From an uncultured Victivallales bacterium (GTDB lineage Bacteria > Verrucomicrobiota > Lentisphaeria > Oligosphaerales > JABHEG01): 64,000 nucleotides of DNA. The DNA lies in the NCBI GenBank assembly GCA_964607765.1, contig CAZSNT010000022.1:12189-76188 (forward strand), read 5' to 3'. The translations under genes were made by a program, and so were the position numbers. The notes beneath the pieces are model-generated. The model saw only the letters and a program-made list of their open reading frames with translations, ran no database searches and was not told where the DNA came from. Of the stretch, positions 34,447 through 42,756 are shown piece after piece; within the stretch, counting starts at the first letter, position 1; every line of letters starts with the position of its first letter.

Positions 34447-36750
34447 ATGCCTACGACTGAGCTCCAAGTTATTCGCGCCATCAGCGAGATCATTGCCCAC
34501 TGTTCTGACTACGAGGACGGGCTGCGGCTCACTGTCGAAGCGATCGCCGATCGCATGAACGTGGATGTGTGCAGCATCTTCGTCTATGACGAACGCACCA
34601 ACCACCTGGCTCTGGAAGCCACCTTCGGCTTGGAACAGTCCAAAGTGCGCCACCTCCGGCTGGCGCCGAACGAGGGTATTACGGGGCGAGTATTCAGCAC
34701 GGGAAGAGCCGCAAACGTCGCCGATAAGCGGGAACACCCCGACTACATGGATCTGCAGAGCTCGCTGGCGCTCGAGTACCGGGCGCTGCTCGCCGTGCCG
34801 CTGGTCGTGGGCGGCAGCTCCATCGGCGTGCTCGAGTTCGAGACCAAACGCGCCGAGCTCTTTCCGGAGGACGTGGCGGCCCTGGCCAAAGCGCTCGCGT
34901 CGCCCCTGGCTGTGTTCATCTCCAACGCGCAGCTCTCCCAGCGTCTGGGCCGCGGCACACGGGTCGAGGAGCACACGTCCTACCGCACACTGAAAGGGCG
35001 CTCCATCACTGAAGGCGTTGTCCGCGGCCGGGCGCACTTGGTGTTTGGCGCCGATTTCCTCGATGCCGTGCCGTTGCAGTACACCGATGACATCGCCGCC
35101 GAACAGCAGTTCCTCAAAGAGGCGCTGGTCCTGGCGCGCGAGGAAGCCAGCCAGATCAACGAGCAGGCTGGTGAAATCCTGGCCGAGGCGGACGCGGCGA
35201 TTTTTTACGCGCACCTCCTGCTGCTGGAGGACCCCACTCTGATCCAGCGCATCCAGCACGCCCTCAAGAAAGGGTGCAAGCTGCGATTCGCCCTCAAACT
35301 GGTGGCGCAGGAATTCGCCAACGAACTCGAGCAGCTCGATAACGAACTGATGCGCGAGCGGCTGGCCGACATGAAGGACGTGATCCTGCGCATCTACGAG
35401 GCCGCCGATACGCTGGAAGGACTCAAGGCGGCCGGAGAGACCGTGGCGCCGCGGGAGAAGGCCATCATCGTGGCGCGGGAACTGTTACCTTCGCAGCTTA
35501 TCCGCGCGCCGCTGGGTAATCTCGCCGGTATCGTCTGCGAGCAGGGCGGCGCCACAACGCACGTGGCAATCCTGGCCAAGGCACTGCGCGTGCCCATGAT
35601 CGTCGGGGCCCAGGGCGCCAGCCATATCATTCGGCCCAACGACGATCTGATTGTGGACTGCACGACCGGTGCGTGCTACGTGCGGCCGCCAGACTCGATC
35701 GCGCGCAAGTTCCAGGCTGCCATCGCCCACTACAGCCGGCACCGTGCGGACGAGGGCCCCGCGGAGAGCTGCGCGCTGGCCGTTACGCGCGATGGCGTGT
35801 CGGTTCGGCTCGGCGGCAATATCTCACTGGTCAGCGAGCTGCCGCTGCTGGAGCGCTACGGCGCGGTCGGCGTGGGACTGTATCGTACCGAGTTCATGTT
35901 CATGATCCGCGGCACGTACCCCAGCGAGGACGAGCAATACGAGGTGTTTCGGCGTGTCGTCAGCGCTGCGGGTGAGTCGTCGGTCACGGTCCGTGTGCTG
36001 GATGTCGGCGGGGACAAGCCCCTGCCGTACGTGGACTTCGGGCAGGAAGACAATCCGTTCCTCGGCTGGCGCGGAATCCGGTTCCTGCTCTCCAACCCCA
36101 CGTATCTCGGGCCGCATTTGCGTGCGATCCTGCGTACAACCGTGCACGGTCGTGTCAACATCCTCCTGCCCATGGTCGCCGATCTGGACGAACTGCTCAT
36201 GGTCAAGGAGTACCTGGCCGAAGCGGAGGCGGCACTGCGTGCTGACGGCATACCTTTCTCAGAAGACTACCGCGTCGGCGTCATGATCGAGGTGCCGTCC
36301 GTGCTCTGGGTGCTGTCCGACATGCTTCCTTACATCGACTTTGTCAGCCTTGGCACCAACGACCTGACGCAGTACACTCTGGCTGTTGATCGGGGCAATA
36401 GCCGGGTCACGCAGTGGTTCCGACAACTCCATCCTGTCGTTCTGAGGATCATCAAGGAAACGTGCGATATTGTCCGCCAGGAGCCGGACAAGACAGTGTC
36501 GGTGTGCGGCGAGGTCGCCGGGCTGCCCCTGGCCGTGCCGCTGCTGGTGGGGGCCGGGCTCAGGCACTTGAGTATGAACCCGTGGCGGATCCCCAGAGTC
36601 CGCTCCGCAATCTGTGACCTGGCTGTCTCGGACTGTATCCAGTTGACCGAAGAAGCGCTCCAGTGCTCCCGGGACGCGGACTTGGAGGCGCTGCTCAAAC
36701 TGTTTGCTCAGCAGCACAATCTGGGCACCAGCGACGCGTTGCTGTCGTGA
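34447..36750 (+). CDS. ptsP: Phosphoenolpyruvate-protein phosphotransferase with N-terminal GAF domain (EI-Ntr type)
   Basis: GAF domain N-terminus, GGATTHVAILAKALRVPMIVG phospho-His region, and a PEP-utilising TIM barrel (FVSLGTNDLTQY). Confidence 0.9.
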   Translation: MPTTELQVIRAISEIIAHCSDYEDGLRLTVEAIADRMNVDVCSIFVYDERTNHLALEATFGLEQSKVRHLRLAPNEGITGRVFSTGRAANVADKREHPDYMDLQSSLALEYRALLAVPLVVGGSSIGVLEFETKRAELFPEDVAALAKALASPLAVFISNAQLSQRLGRGTRVEEHTSYRTLKGRSITEGVVRGRAHLVFGADFLDAVPLQYTDDIAAEQQFLKEALVLAREEASQINEQAGEILAEADAAIFYAHLLLLEDPTLIQRIQHALKKGCKLRFALKLVAQEFANELEQLDNELMRERLADMKDVILRIYEAADTLEGLKAAGETVAPREKAIIVARELLPSQLIRAPLGNLAGIVCEQGGATTHVAILAKALRVPMIVGAQGASHIIRPNDDLIVDCTTGACYVRPPDSIARKFQAAIAHYSRHRADEGPAESCALAVTRDGVSVRLGGNISLVSELPLLERYGAVGVGLYRTEFMFMIRGTYPSEDEQYEVFRRVVSAAGESSVTVRVLDVGGDKPLPYVDFGQEDNPFLGWRGIRFLLSNPTYLGPHLRAILRTTVHGRVNILLPMVADLDELLMVKEYLAEAEAALRADGIPFSEDYRVGVMIEVPSVLWVLSDMLPYIDFVSLGTNDLTQYTLAVDRGNSRVTQWFRQLHPVVLRIIKETCDIVRQEPDKTVSVCGEVAGLPLAVPLLVGAGLRHLSMNPWRIPRVRSAICDLAVSDCIQLTEEALQCSRDADLEALLKLFAQQHNLGTSDALLS

Positions 36751-36772
36751 ACCACCGAAAGTCGGCTTAACG

Positions 36773-37963
36773 ATGCGAACATACCAGCAAATCAACGCCA
36801 GGATCGAGTCCAAGAAGGCGGTTGTCCTGACCGCGGACGAGGTCATCGACTATGTCGAGCGCAAAGGTGTGGAGGCCGCTGCCGAAGAGATCGATGTGGT
36901 CACCACAGCCACTTTCGGCCCCATGTGCTCTTCCGGCTGTACGCTGAACTTCGGACACAGCAAGCCGAAGATCCGCATGTCGGAAGCCTGGCTGGAAGAT
37001 GTGCTGGTCTATACCGGCCTGGCAGCTGTGGACGTCTACCTCGGCGCTACACAGCTGCGGCACAACGACCCGGCCAACATGAACTACCCCGGCGAGTTCG
37101 CTTACGGCGGCGGACACGTGATGGAGGACTTGGTGGCGGGCAAGGCGTTGCAGCTGTTCGCGCTCTCCTACGGAACGGACGACTACCCGCGACGCGAGAT
37201 CCGGACCTGGTTCACCATGGCCGATCTGAACCAGGCGACAATGGTCAATCCCAGGAACTGCTACCAGAACTACAACGCTGCAATCAACACGTCCGACAGC
37301 GCCATCCACACCTACCTGGGGCGCCTCGAGCCGCGCATGCGCAACCTCACGTATTGCTCGGCCGGACAGCTGTCGCCGCTGCTGAACGACCCGCTCTACG
37401 AGACGATCGGCATCGGCACGAGCGTCTGGCTGGCCGGGGCCCGCGGCCACGTCTACGCGGAAGGCACGCAACACTGCCCAACCTGCGAGCGCGGCGACAA
37501 CGGCGTGCCCACGGAAGGCGCCGGCACACTGGCGCTGACCGCGGACATGAAAGAGATGACGCCCGAGTTCGTGCGCGGCTGCAGCCTGCCGGGCTACGGC
37601 GTGTCCGTGTCCCTCGGCGTGGGCATCCCTATCCCTATCCTGAACGCGGAGATCCTCAGGCGTACCACCGTCCGAGACCGGGATATCTGGGCGCCGATCG
37701 TGGACTACAGCCATGACTATCCGCAGAAAACCGGGAACATCCTGGGGCGCGCCAACTACGAGCAGCTCAAGTCCGGCAGCGTCATGGTCGGCGACAAGGA
37801 AGTGGCCACCGCGTCGCTCTCGTCCTACCGCAAAGCCCTCGAGATTGCCGAACTGCTGCGCGACGAAATCGCGCGCGGCGAGTTCCTGCTCTCAGCACCC
37901 AGCCGGCGACTGCCCGTCGAACAGGGGTTCCTGCCGCTCAAGATCACGGAGAAACCCAAGTGA
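36773..37963 (+). CDS. COG1900 (DUF39) homocysteine biosynthesis protein, aspartate-semialdehyde sulfurtransferase-like
   Basis: The N-terminus (INARIESKKAVVLTADEV...DVVTTATFGPMCSSG) matches my memory of the MA1821/MJ0100-N family. ATG at 36773. Confidence 0.82.
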   Translation: MRTYQQINARIESKKAVVLTADEVIDYVERKGVEAAAEEIDVVTTATFGPMCSSGCTLNFGHSKPKIRMSEAWLEDVLVYTGLAAVDVYLGATQLRHNDPANMNYPGEFAYGGGHVMEDLVAGKALQLFALSYGTDDYPRREIRTWFTMADLNQATMVNPRNCYQNYNAAINTSDSAIHTYLGRLEPRMRNLTYCSAGQLSPLLNDPLYETIGIGTSVWLAGARGHVYAEGTQHCPTCERGDNGVPTEGAGTLALTADMKEMTPEFVRGCSLPGYGVSVSLGVGIPIPILNAEILRRTTVRDRDIWAPIVDYSHDYPQKTGNILGRANYEQLKSGSVMVGDKEVATASLSSYRKALEIAELLRDEIARGEFLLSAPSRRLPVEQGFLPLKITEKPK

Positions 37964-38370
37964 TCACCAAGAAGCTCTTCCTGCACTTCCCGCAGTGCGA
38001 AACAGAAAAGCCGATCGTCTATCACCTGGTCAAGGACTACAACCTGATCATCAATATCTTCCGCGCCAAGGTGACGCCGGACGAAGAGGGATACCTCGTG
38101 CTCGACGTCACGGGCGAGGAGGAGGATATCGATCGGGGCATGGACTTTGTCAAGACGTTCGACGTCACCATCGATCCCGTCAACAAAGGCGTGCGCTGGA
38201 ACGCCGACCGCTGCACGCATTGCGGCAACTGCATCACGCACTGCCCCACTCATGCCCTGCACATCGATGACCGCCGGACAATGACCGTCGCGTTCACCGA
38301 GGAGAAGTGCATCGAGTGCCTGGCCTGCCTGAAGAACTGCCCATACGGCGCCTGCACGTCGGCGTTTTGA
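37960..38370 (+). CDS. NIL domain - 2x[4Fe-4S] ferredoxin protein (MA1822-like)
   Basis: NIL-like N-terminus, then CTHCGNCITHCP and CIECLACLKNCP clusters. The GTG start overlaps the upstream stop (GTGA). Confidence 0.85.
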   Translation: MITKKLFLHFPQCETEKPIVYHLVKDYNLIINIFRAKVTPDEEGYLVLDVTGEEEDIDRGMDFVKTFDVTIDPVNKGVRWNADRCTHCGNCITHCPTHALHIDDRRTMTVAFTEEKCIECLACLKNCPYGACTSAF

Positions 38371-38376
38371 CCCGCC

Positions 38377-39108
38377 ATGCGCACGTTTCGGAACTTCTCC
38401 TGGAAAGACAGCAACCTGCGGATCTGCTGTAGCCGTGCCCAGGCGGTCGAGAGCGAGATCGTCCGTCAGCGGACCACACTCGAAGCCTACATCGAACGGC
38501 ATCCGGAATTCCGCACCAGTTACGTGCCCGTCGGGCTGCGCAGCGATGCGCCACGCATCGCCAGACTCATGCAGGAAGCGGCCGCACGCGTCGGGGTCGG
38601 GCCCATGGCCGCGGTGGCCGGCACCATCGCACAACTGGCCGCGGAAGCCGGCGTGGCCGCAGGTGCGACAGAGGCCATCGTCGAGAATGGCGGAGACATT
38701 TACCTGATTTCCGACTGTGACATCACCGTCGCTCTCCACACCGGTACGGAGCGGCTGGGCAGTCGGCTCGCGCTCGCATTGAGCCCCGCACACCTGCCGC
38801 TGTCGCTCTGTTCCTCGTCCAGTCGGATGGGACACTCCGACAGTCGCGGTGACTGTGACCTGGCTACCGTCGCCTCGCGCAGCGCAGCCCTGGCAGACGC
38901 CGCCGCAACGCATGCCTGCAACCTGGTGCGTGACCAGGCCGATATCGATTGCGTGCTGGAACAGGTGGGCGCCATCCGCGGCGTTGCAGGGCTGCTGATC
39001 GTCAAAGGCGATCGCGTCGGACTCTACGGCGATCTGCCCCCGTTGGTGAAACACGCAGACCCCGACGTCGGTCTGAAAGTCACAAAGGACCGTCGCAGTA
39101 GCGAGTAA
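38377..39108 (+). CDS. UPF0280 / COG2122 (ApbE-like) protein
   Basis: GVGPMAAVAGTIAQ...ENGGDIYL pattern typical of UPF0280. The final codons and the TAA stop come from the GAGTAAC repeat. Confidence 0.78.
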   Translation: MRTFRNFSWKDSNLRICCSRAQAVESEIVRQRTTLEAYIERHPEFRTSYVPVGLRSDAPRIARLMQEAAARVGVGPMAAVAGTIAQLAAEAGVAAGATEAIVENGGDIYLISDCDITVALHTGTERLGSRLALALSPAHLPLSLCSSSSRMGHSDSRGDCDLATVASRSAALADAAATHACNLVRDQADIDCVLEQVGAIRGVAGLLIVKGDRVGLYGDLPPLVKHADPDVGLKVTKDRRSSE

Positions 39109-39229
39109 CGAGTAGCGAGTAACGAGTAGCAGGCCGCAGGCCCGAATGAGTCACCTAACCCCTAACGCCTAACCCTAACGCCTAACCCCTAACGCCTAAC
39201 CCCTAACACTGAACACCGAACACACCAAC
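39097..39229 (+). repeat. Second copy of the composite heptamer element: [GAGTAGC/GAGTAAC]x4 - spacer with ATGAGTCAC - [CCTAACC/CCTAACG...]x11
   Basis: Read directly. It has the same order and orientation as 28910-29016. The last units degenerate to CCTAACA CTGAACA CCGAACA CACCAAC. Confidence 0.92.
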
Positions 39230-40150
39230 CCAAAGCACATCTGCCTGGTCTTCGTCGACGGCCTCGGAATCCCCGAAGGCGATCCCGCAGATTCGATCTA
39301 CGAGGCGTGCCCCGTATTGCTGCGGCTGCTGCGCAACCACTGTGTGCCGATCGATGTGCATCTGGACGTGCCGGGCGTGCCGCAGAGCGCGACGGGCCAG
39401 ACCGCACTGTTGACCGGCGTGAACGCACCGTCGCTCGTGGGTGCGCACGTGGAAGGGTTCCCCAACGCTCCACTCCGGCGGATTCTTGAACAGGACAATG
39501 TCTTCACGAAGCTCCTCGCCCGGGGCCAGGCCTGCACGTTTGCGAACGCGTACATCCTGGCGCGGGGACCGCATCTGCCGCTTGCGTTCCGTTCCGCGAC
39601 AACCGTGTCGACGCTCGCCGCTTTCGGCACGACAAGGAACCGGGAAGAGCTCCTCGCCGGGCGTGCCGTCTACCACGACCTGACGCGGCACACACTGGCC
39701 GAACGGGGCATCAACGGCATCCCCGTCATCTGCGAGGAAGAGGCCGCAACACACCTCTTGGCCATCGCACGCAGTGTCCGGTTCTGCCTGTTCGAGTACT
39801 TCCTGACCGATCACGTCGGGCATCGCGGCACGGATGCGGATAAACGCTCTGTCCTCGCCTCCCTGGATCGGTTCCTCCAGCACCTGCTGGCGGGCCTGGA
39901 CGCAGAGCGTGAACTCCTGCTCCTGGTCAGCGATCACGGCAACATTGAGGCGACGGACCGCCGCGGGCACTCGCACAATCCCGTGCCCTGGCTCGCGGTC
40001 GGCTGTGCTGCGGAACGTGCGTTGTCCGACTGCTCGTCACTGCTCGACGTCACACCGAAGATCCTCGAACTGCTCGCGCCGTGCCGTCCCGAATTGGAAA
40101 CTGAACAAACGTGCTTACAGTGTATGGCCAAAGGCGACACTGAACACTGA
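39209..40150 (+). CDS. Metalloenzyme (alkaline-phosphatase/iPGM-like, PF01676-type) superfamily protein; start codon unresolved
   Basis: VFVDGLG, SATGQTALLTG, TDHVGH and SDHGN metal-site motifs. The frame is open from 39200, but the first canonical start is TTG 39317, downstream of the VFVDGLG motif. 39209 is an in-frame CTG. Confidence 0.6.
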   Translation: MNTEHTNPKHICLVFVDGLGIPEGDPADSIYEACPVLLRLLRNHCVPIDVHLDVPGVPQSATGQTALLTGVNAPSLVGAHVEGFPNAPLRRILEQDNVFTKLLARGQACTFANAYILARGPHLPLAFRSATTVSTLAAFGTTRNREELLAGRAVYHDLTRHTLAERGINGIPVICEEEAATHLLAIARSVRFCLFEYFLTDHVGHRGTDADKRSVLASLDRFLQHLLAGLDAERELLLLVSDHGNIEATDRRGHSHNPVPWLAVGCAAERALSDCSSLLDVTPKILELLAPCRPELETEQTCLQCMAKGDTEH

Positions 40151-40183
40151 ATCCTGCTGGACAGCAGGAAACACTGAAACCTG
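40136..40183 (+). repeat. CACTGAA heptamers flanking a 7-bp-stem hairpin, overlapping the stop codon of the metalloenzyme gene
   Basis: gacactgaacactgaa tcctgct-ggac-agcagga aacactgaaacctg read directly. Confidence 0.8.
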
Positions 40184-40274
40184 TTCTGTGCCTCCCTCGA
40201 TTGGGTGACACTGAGCGCACGGCGGCCGCTCGCAGCTGCCTTGCTCGAACAGGCTTGACTGGAACGACACGCCC

Positions 40275-41504
40275 ATGCCCAGTGGCTTTAGTCAGAGTCC
40301 TTTCTCCAAACCCGCCGCAACACCCGAGGTGTTCGTCGCGGGCGGCAAGGGCGCTTACGCCAATACACGCGCCGCCCTGGCTGACGTGGATCTCTCGTGC
40401 GCGGCTGGGAAACGCGTACTGCTCAAGCCCAACGCCGGCCGGATCGCGCCTCCAAACTCCGGAATCGTGACGGACGCCCAGGCAGTAGCCGCGGCCATCG
40501 ATGCGTTTGTGGCGGCGGGGGCCGAGGTCGCGGTGGGCGAGAGCCCGATCGCTGGCGTAAAGACGCCTGAGGCGTTCCAGGCGATGGGGCTCGACGTTGT
40601 CGCGCAAGACAGAAACTGCCCGCTCATCGATCTGGATGCCCGGCGCTATGTGACCGTCCCCATCCCCGATGGCCAGGCCATCCACTCCCTGAAAGTCTGC
40701 CCCGAAGTGCTGGAATACGATATCGTGGTGTCCATGCCCGTGATGAAGATGCACATGCACACCGGCGTGACCCTCGCCGTGAAGAACATGAAAGGCTGCC
40801 TGTGGCGGCGCAGCAAGGTGGATCTCCACATGCTGCCGCCCGTGGAGGAGTGTCCTGAGGAGAAGCCCATCGATGTCGCCATTGCCGACCTGGCCGGTGT
40901 GCTGCGCCCGCACCTCTCCATCATTGACGGTACGGTCGGCATGGAAGGCCTGGGGCCGAGCGCCGGCGAGCCGAAAGCCCTGGATGTGGTCGTGGCCAGC
41001 GCCGACCCGTTCGCCGCAGATGCGGTCTCCTGCGCCCTGATGGGAATAGACGCAGTGTGCGTGCCGCACCTGCGCATGGGCTGCGACCGCGGCTACGGCA
41101 CAATCGATCTGGAACGGATCGCGGTGACACCGTCCGACTGGCGTGAGTGGCAGAGCCCGTTTGCCGCGCCGCCGCCAAACCTGACCATCGAGTTCCCCAA
41201 CGTCAGGATTCTCGACCGCAACTCCTGCAGTGCTTGTCAGTCCACACTGCTGCTGTTCATGCGCCGCTACGGCAAACGTCTGTTCGATTACTTCCCCGAA
41301 GGCGCGACACCGCATTTTGCCATCGGACGGGGCCACGACGATGTGCCGCCCGGCACGCTCTGTCTCGGCAACTGCACGGCGCGTGTCAAGGACAGGGGCA
41401 CGTTCGTGCGCGGCTGCCCGCCCGTGGCCAGCGAGATCCTGCGCGCCGTGACCGGGCACGCCGCCGCCGACACCCTGGACGGCCACAGCCAGGACCACGC
41501 CTGA
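40275..41504 (+). CDS. DUF362 domain protein
   Basis: KRVLLKPN...GESP...VSMPVMKMHMHTGVTLAVKNMKG pattern typical of DUF362. Confidence 0.78.
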   Translation: MPSGFSQSPFSKPAATPEVFVAGGKGAYANTRAALADVDLSCAAGKRVLLKPNAGRIAPPNSGIVTDAQAVAAAIDAFVAAGAEVAVGESPIAGVKTPEAFQAMGLDVVAQDRNCPLIDLDARRYVTVPIPDGQAIHSLKVCPEVLEYDIVVSMPVMKMHMHTGVTLAVKNMKGCLWRRSKVDLHMLPPVEECPEEKPIDVAIADLAGVLRPHLSIIDGTVGMEGLGPSAGEPKALDVVVASADPFAADAVSCALMGIDAVCVPHLRMGCDRGYGTIDLERIAVTPSDWREWQSPFAAPPPNLTIEFPNVRILDRNSCSACQSTLLLFMRRYGKRLFDYFPEGATPHFAIGRGHDDVPPGTLCLGNCTARVKDRGTFVRGCPPVASEILRAVTGHAAADTLDGHSQDHA

Positions 41505-41511
41505 CCCGCTG

Positions 41512-42576
41512 TCACGGCAACTCGCAGAACTCGTCCAACACCACCTCGCGCCCTGTCTCGGCGCTCCTCAAAACCGCTTCGAGCATGGCCTGGACCATCA
41601 GGCCGTGCCGCAACGGCGCCATGCAGTCTACCCCGTCCACAATGCAGTCGATGTAGTGCGTGGCGATGTTGTCCCACGAGCCGCGCCAGTGTTTCGGCAG
41701 GTTCACCGTGATATCTTTGGGCGCGCCGTTCTCCGTGGTGTGTAGCTTCAGTGGCCGCCACGTGCCGCCGCCTTCCGTGCCGAACAGCTCAATCTGCACG
41801 CCGCCCGGCATGTGCGAGGCCCAGAAACTCTCGATCTGCAGACCAATGCCGTTCTCGAACCGGATGAACCCCCCGGCGTAGTCGTCGGAACCGTAGCGGC
41901 TCCAATACTCCTCCGGCGGCAGCCGGAAATCGGTGTAACCTATTCCGTGCGGCCCGAACTTGGCGCCCCCCACACCCATCGCAGTGGCCGGTTTCGGCAT
42001 GCCCATCAGCCACCAGGCGCCGTCGAGCACGTGCACGCCCATGTCCCGGAACGCGCCGCCCCCCGCTTCGATGAAGCCCAGGTTCCAGTCCGGAATGCCG
42101 CTGCGCCGCACACTCCTGGCCCGGGCATAGTAGAAGTCGCCGAAGAACCCCTCGCGCGCCTGCTGCTTGAGGTACAGGCACTGCGGCGAGAACCGCGTGC
42201 TCAGCGACATCATGTTCACCAGTCCGGACGCTTCCGCTTCCCGGACCAGCTCGACGGCAGGCGCCACCGAGTCGGAAAGCGGCTTCGTGCACATCACGTG
42301 CTTCCCGCCCCGGATCGCCGTGATCGCGGCATGAACGTGCACTTGGTTCGGCGTACCCACAAATACCGCGTCCACCTCGGGGTCCCTGCACAGATCGCTC
42401 AGATCCTCATACTTGCGCATCGGGCGGTCGAGTTCCTTCTCGAACCCATCCATGCGCTCAGGGATGATGTCGCACAACGCCACGATCTCGGCCCGCGGCT
42501 CCCGTTCCAGCGCCCGCCCGTTCTGCTTGCCGATCCCGCCTGTCCCGATGATCCCAATCCGCACCCGTTCGCCCAT
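41512..42576 (-). CDS. Gfo/Idh/MocA family oxidoreductase
   Basis: VRIGIIGTGGIG Rossmann N-terminus and the KHVMCTKPL EKP-like motif. Confidence 0.85.
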   Translation of the reverse strand: MGERVRIGIIGTGGIGKQNGRALEREPRAEIVALCDIIPERMDGFEKELDRPMRKYEDLSDLCRDPEVDAVFVGTPNQVHVHAAITAIRGGKHVMCTKPLSDSVAPAVELVREAEASGLVNMMSLSTRFSPQCLYLKQQAREGFFGDFYYARARSVRRSGIPDWNLGFIEAGGGAFRDMGVHVLDGAWWLMGMPKPATAMGVGGAKFGPHGIGYTDFRLPPEEYWSRYGSDDYAGGFIRFENGIGLQIESFWASHMPGGVQIELFGTEGGGTWRPLKLHTTENGAPKDITVNLPKHWRGSWDNIATHYIDCIVDGVDCMAPLRHGLMVQAMLEAVLRSAETGREVVLDEFCELP

Positions 42577-42641
42577 CAGTCTCTCCCTTATCTGTCAGTT
42601 GAAAACGCCCCACATCGCAGTACCTTATACGTTCCCTTCGT

Positions 42642-42719
42642 CGGGGTGTAGCGCAGCCTGGTCAGCGCGACTGGTTTGGGACCAGTAGGTCGCGAGTTCG
42701 AATCTCGCCACCCCGACCA
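42642..42719 (+). tRNA. tRNA-Pro (UGG), CCA encoded
   Basis: The cloverleaf was folded by hand: acceptor cggggtg/caccccg, anticodon loop ttTGGga, T-arm gcgag-ttcgaat-ctcgc. Confidence 0.92.
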
Positions 42720-42756
42720 TTCCCCCGTCCTTTCCAGTCGACTCGAGACCTCGCGG

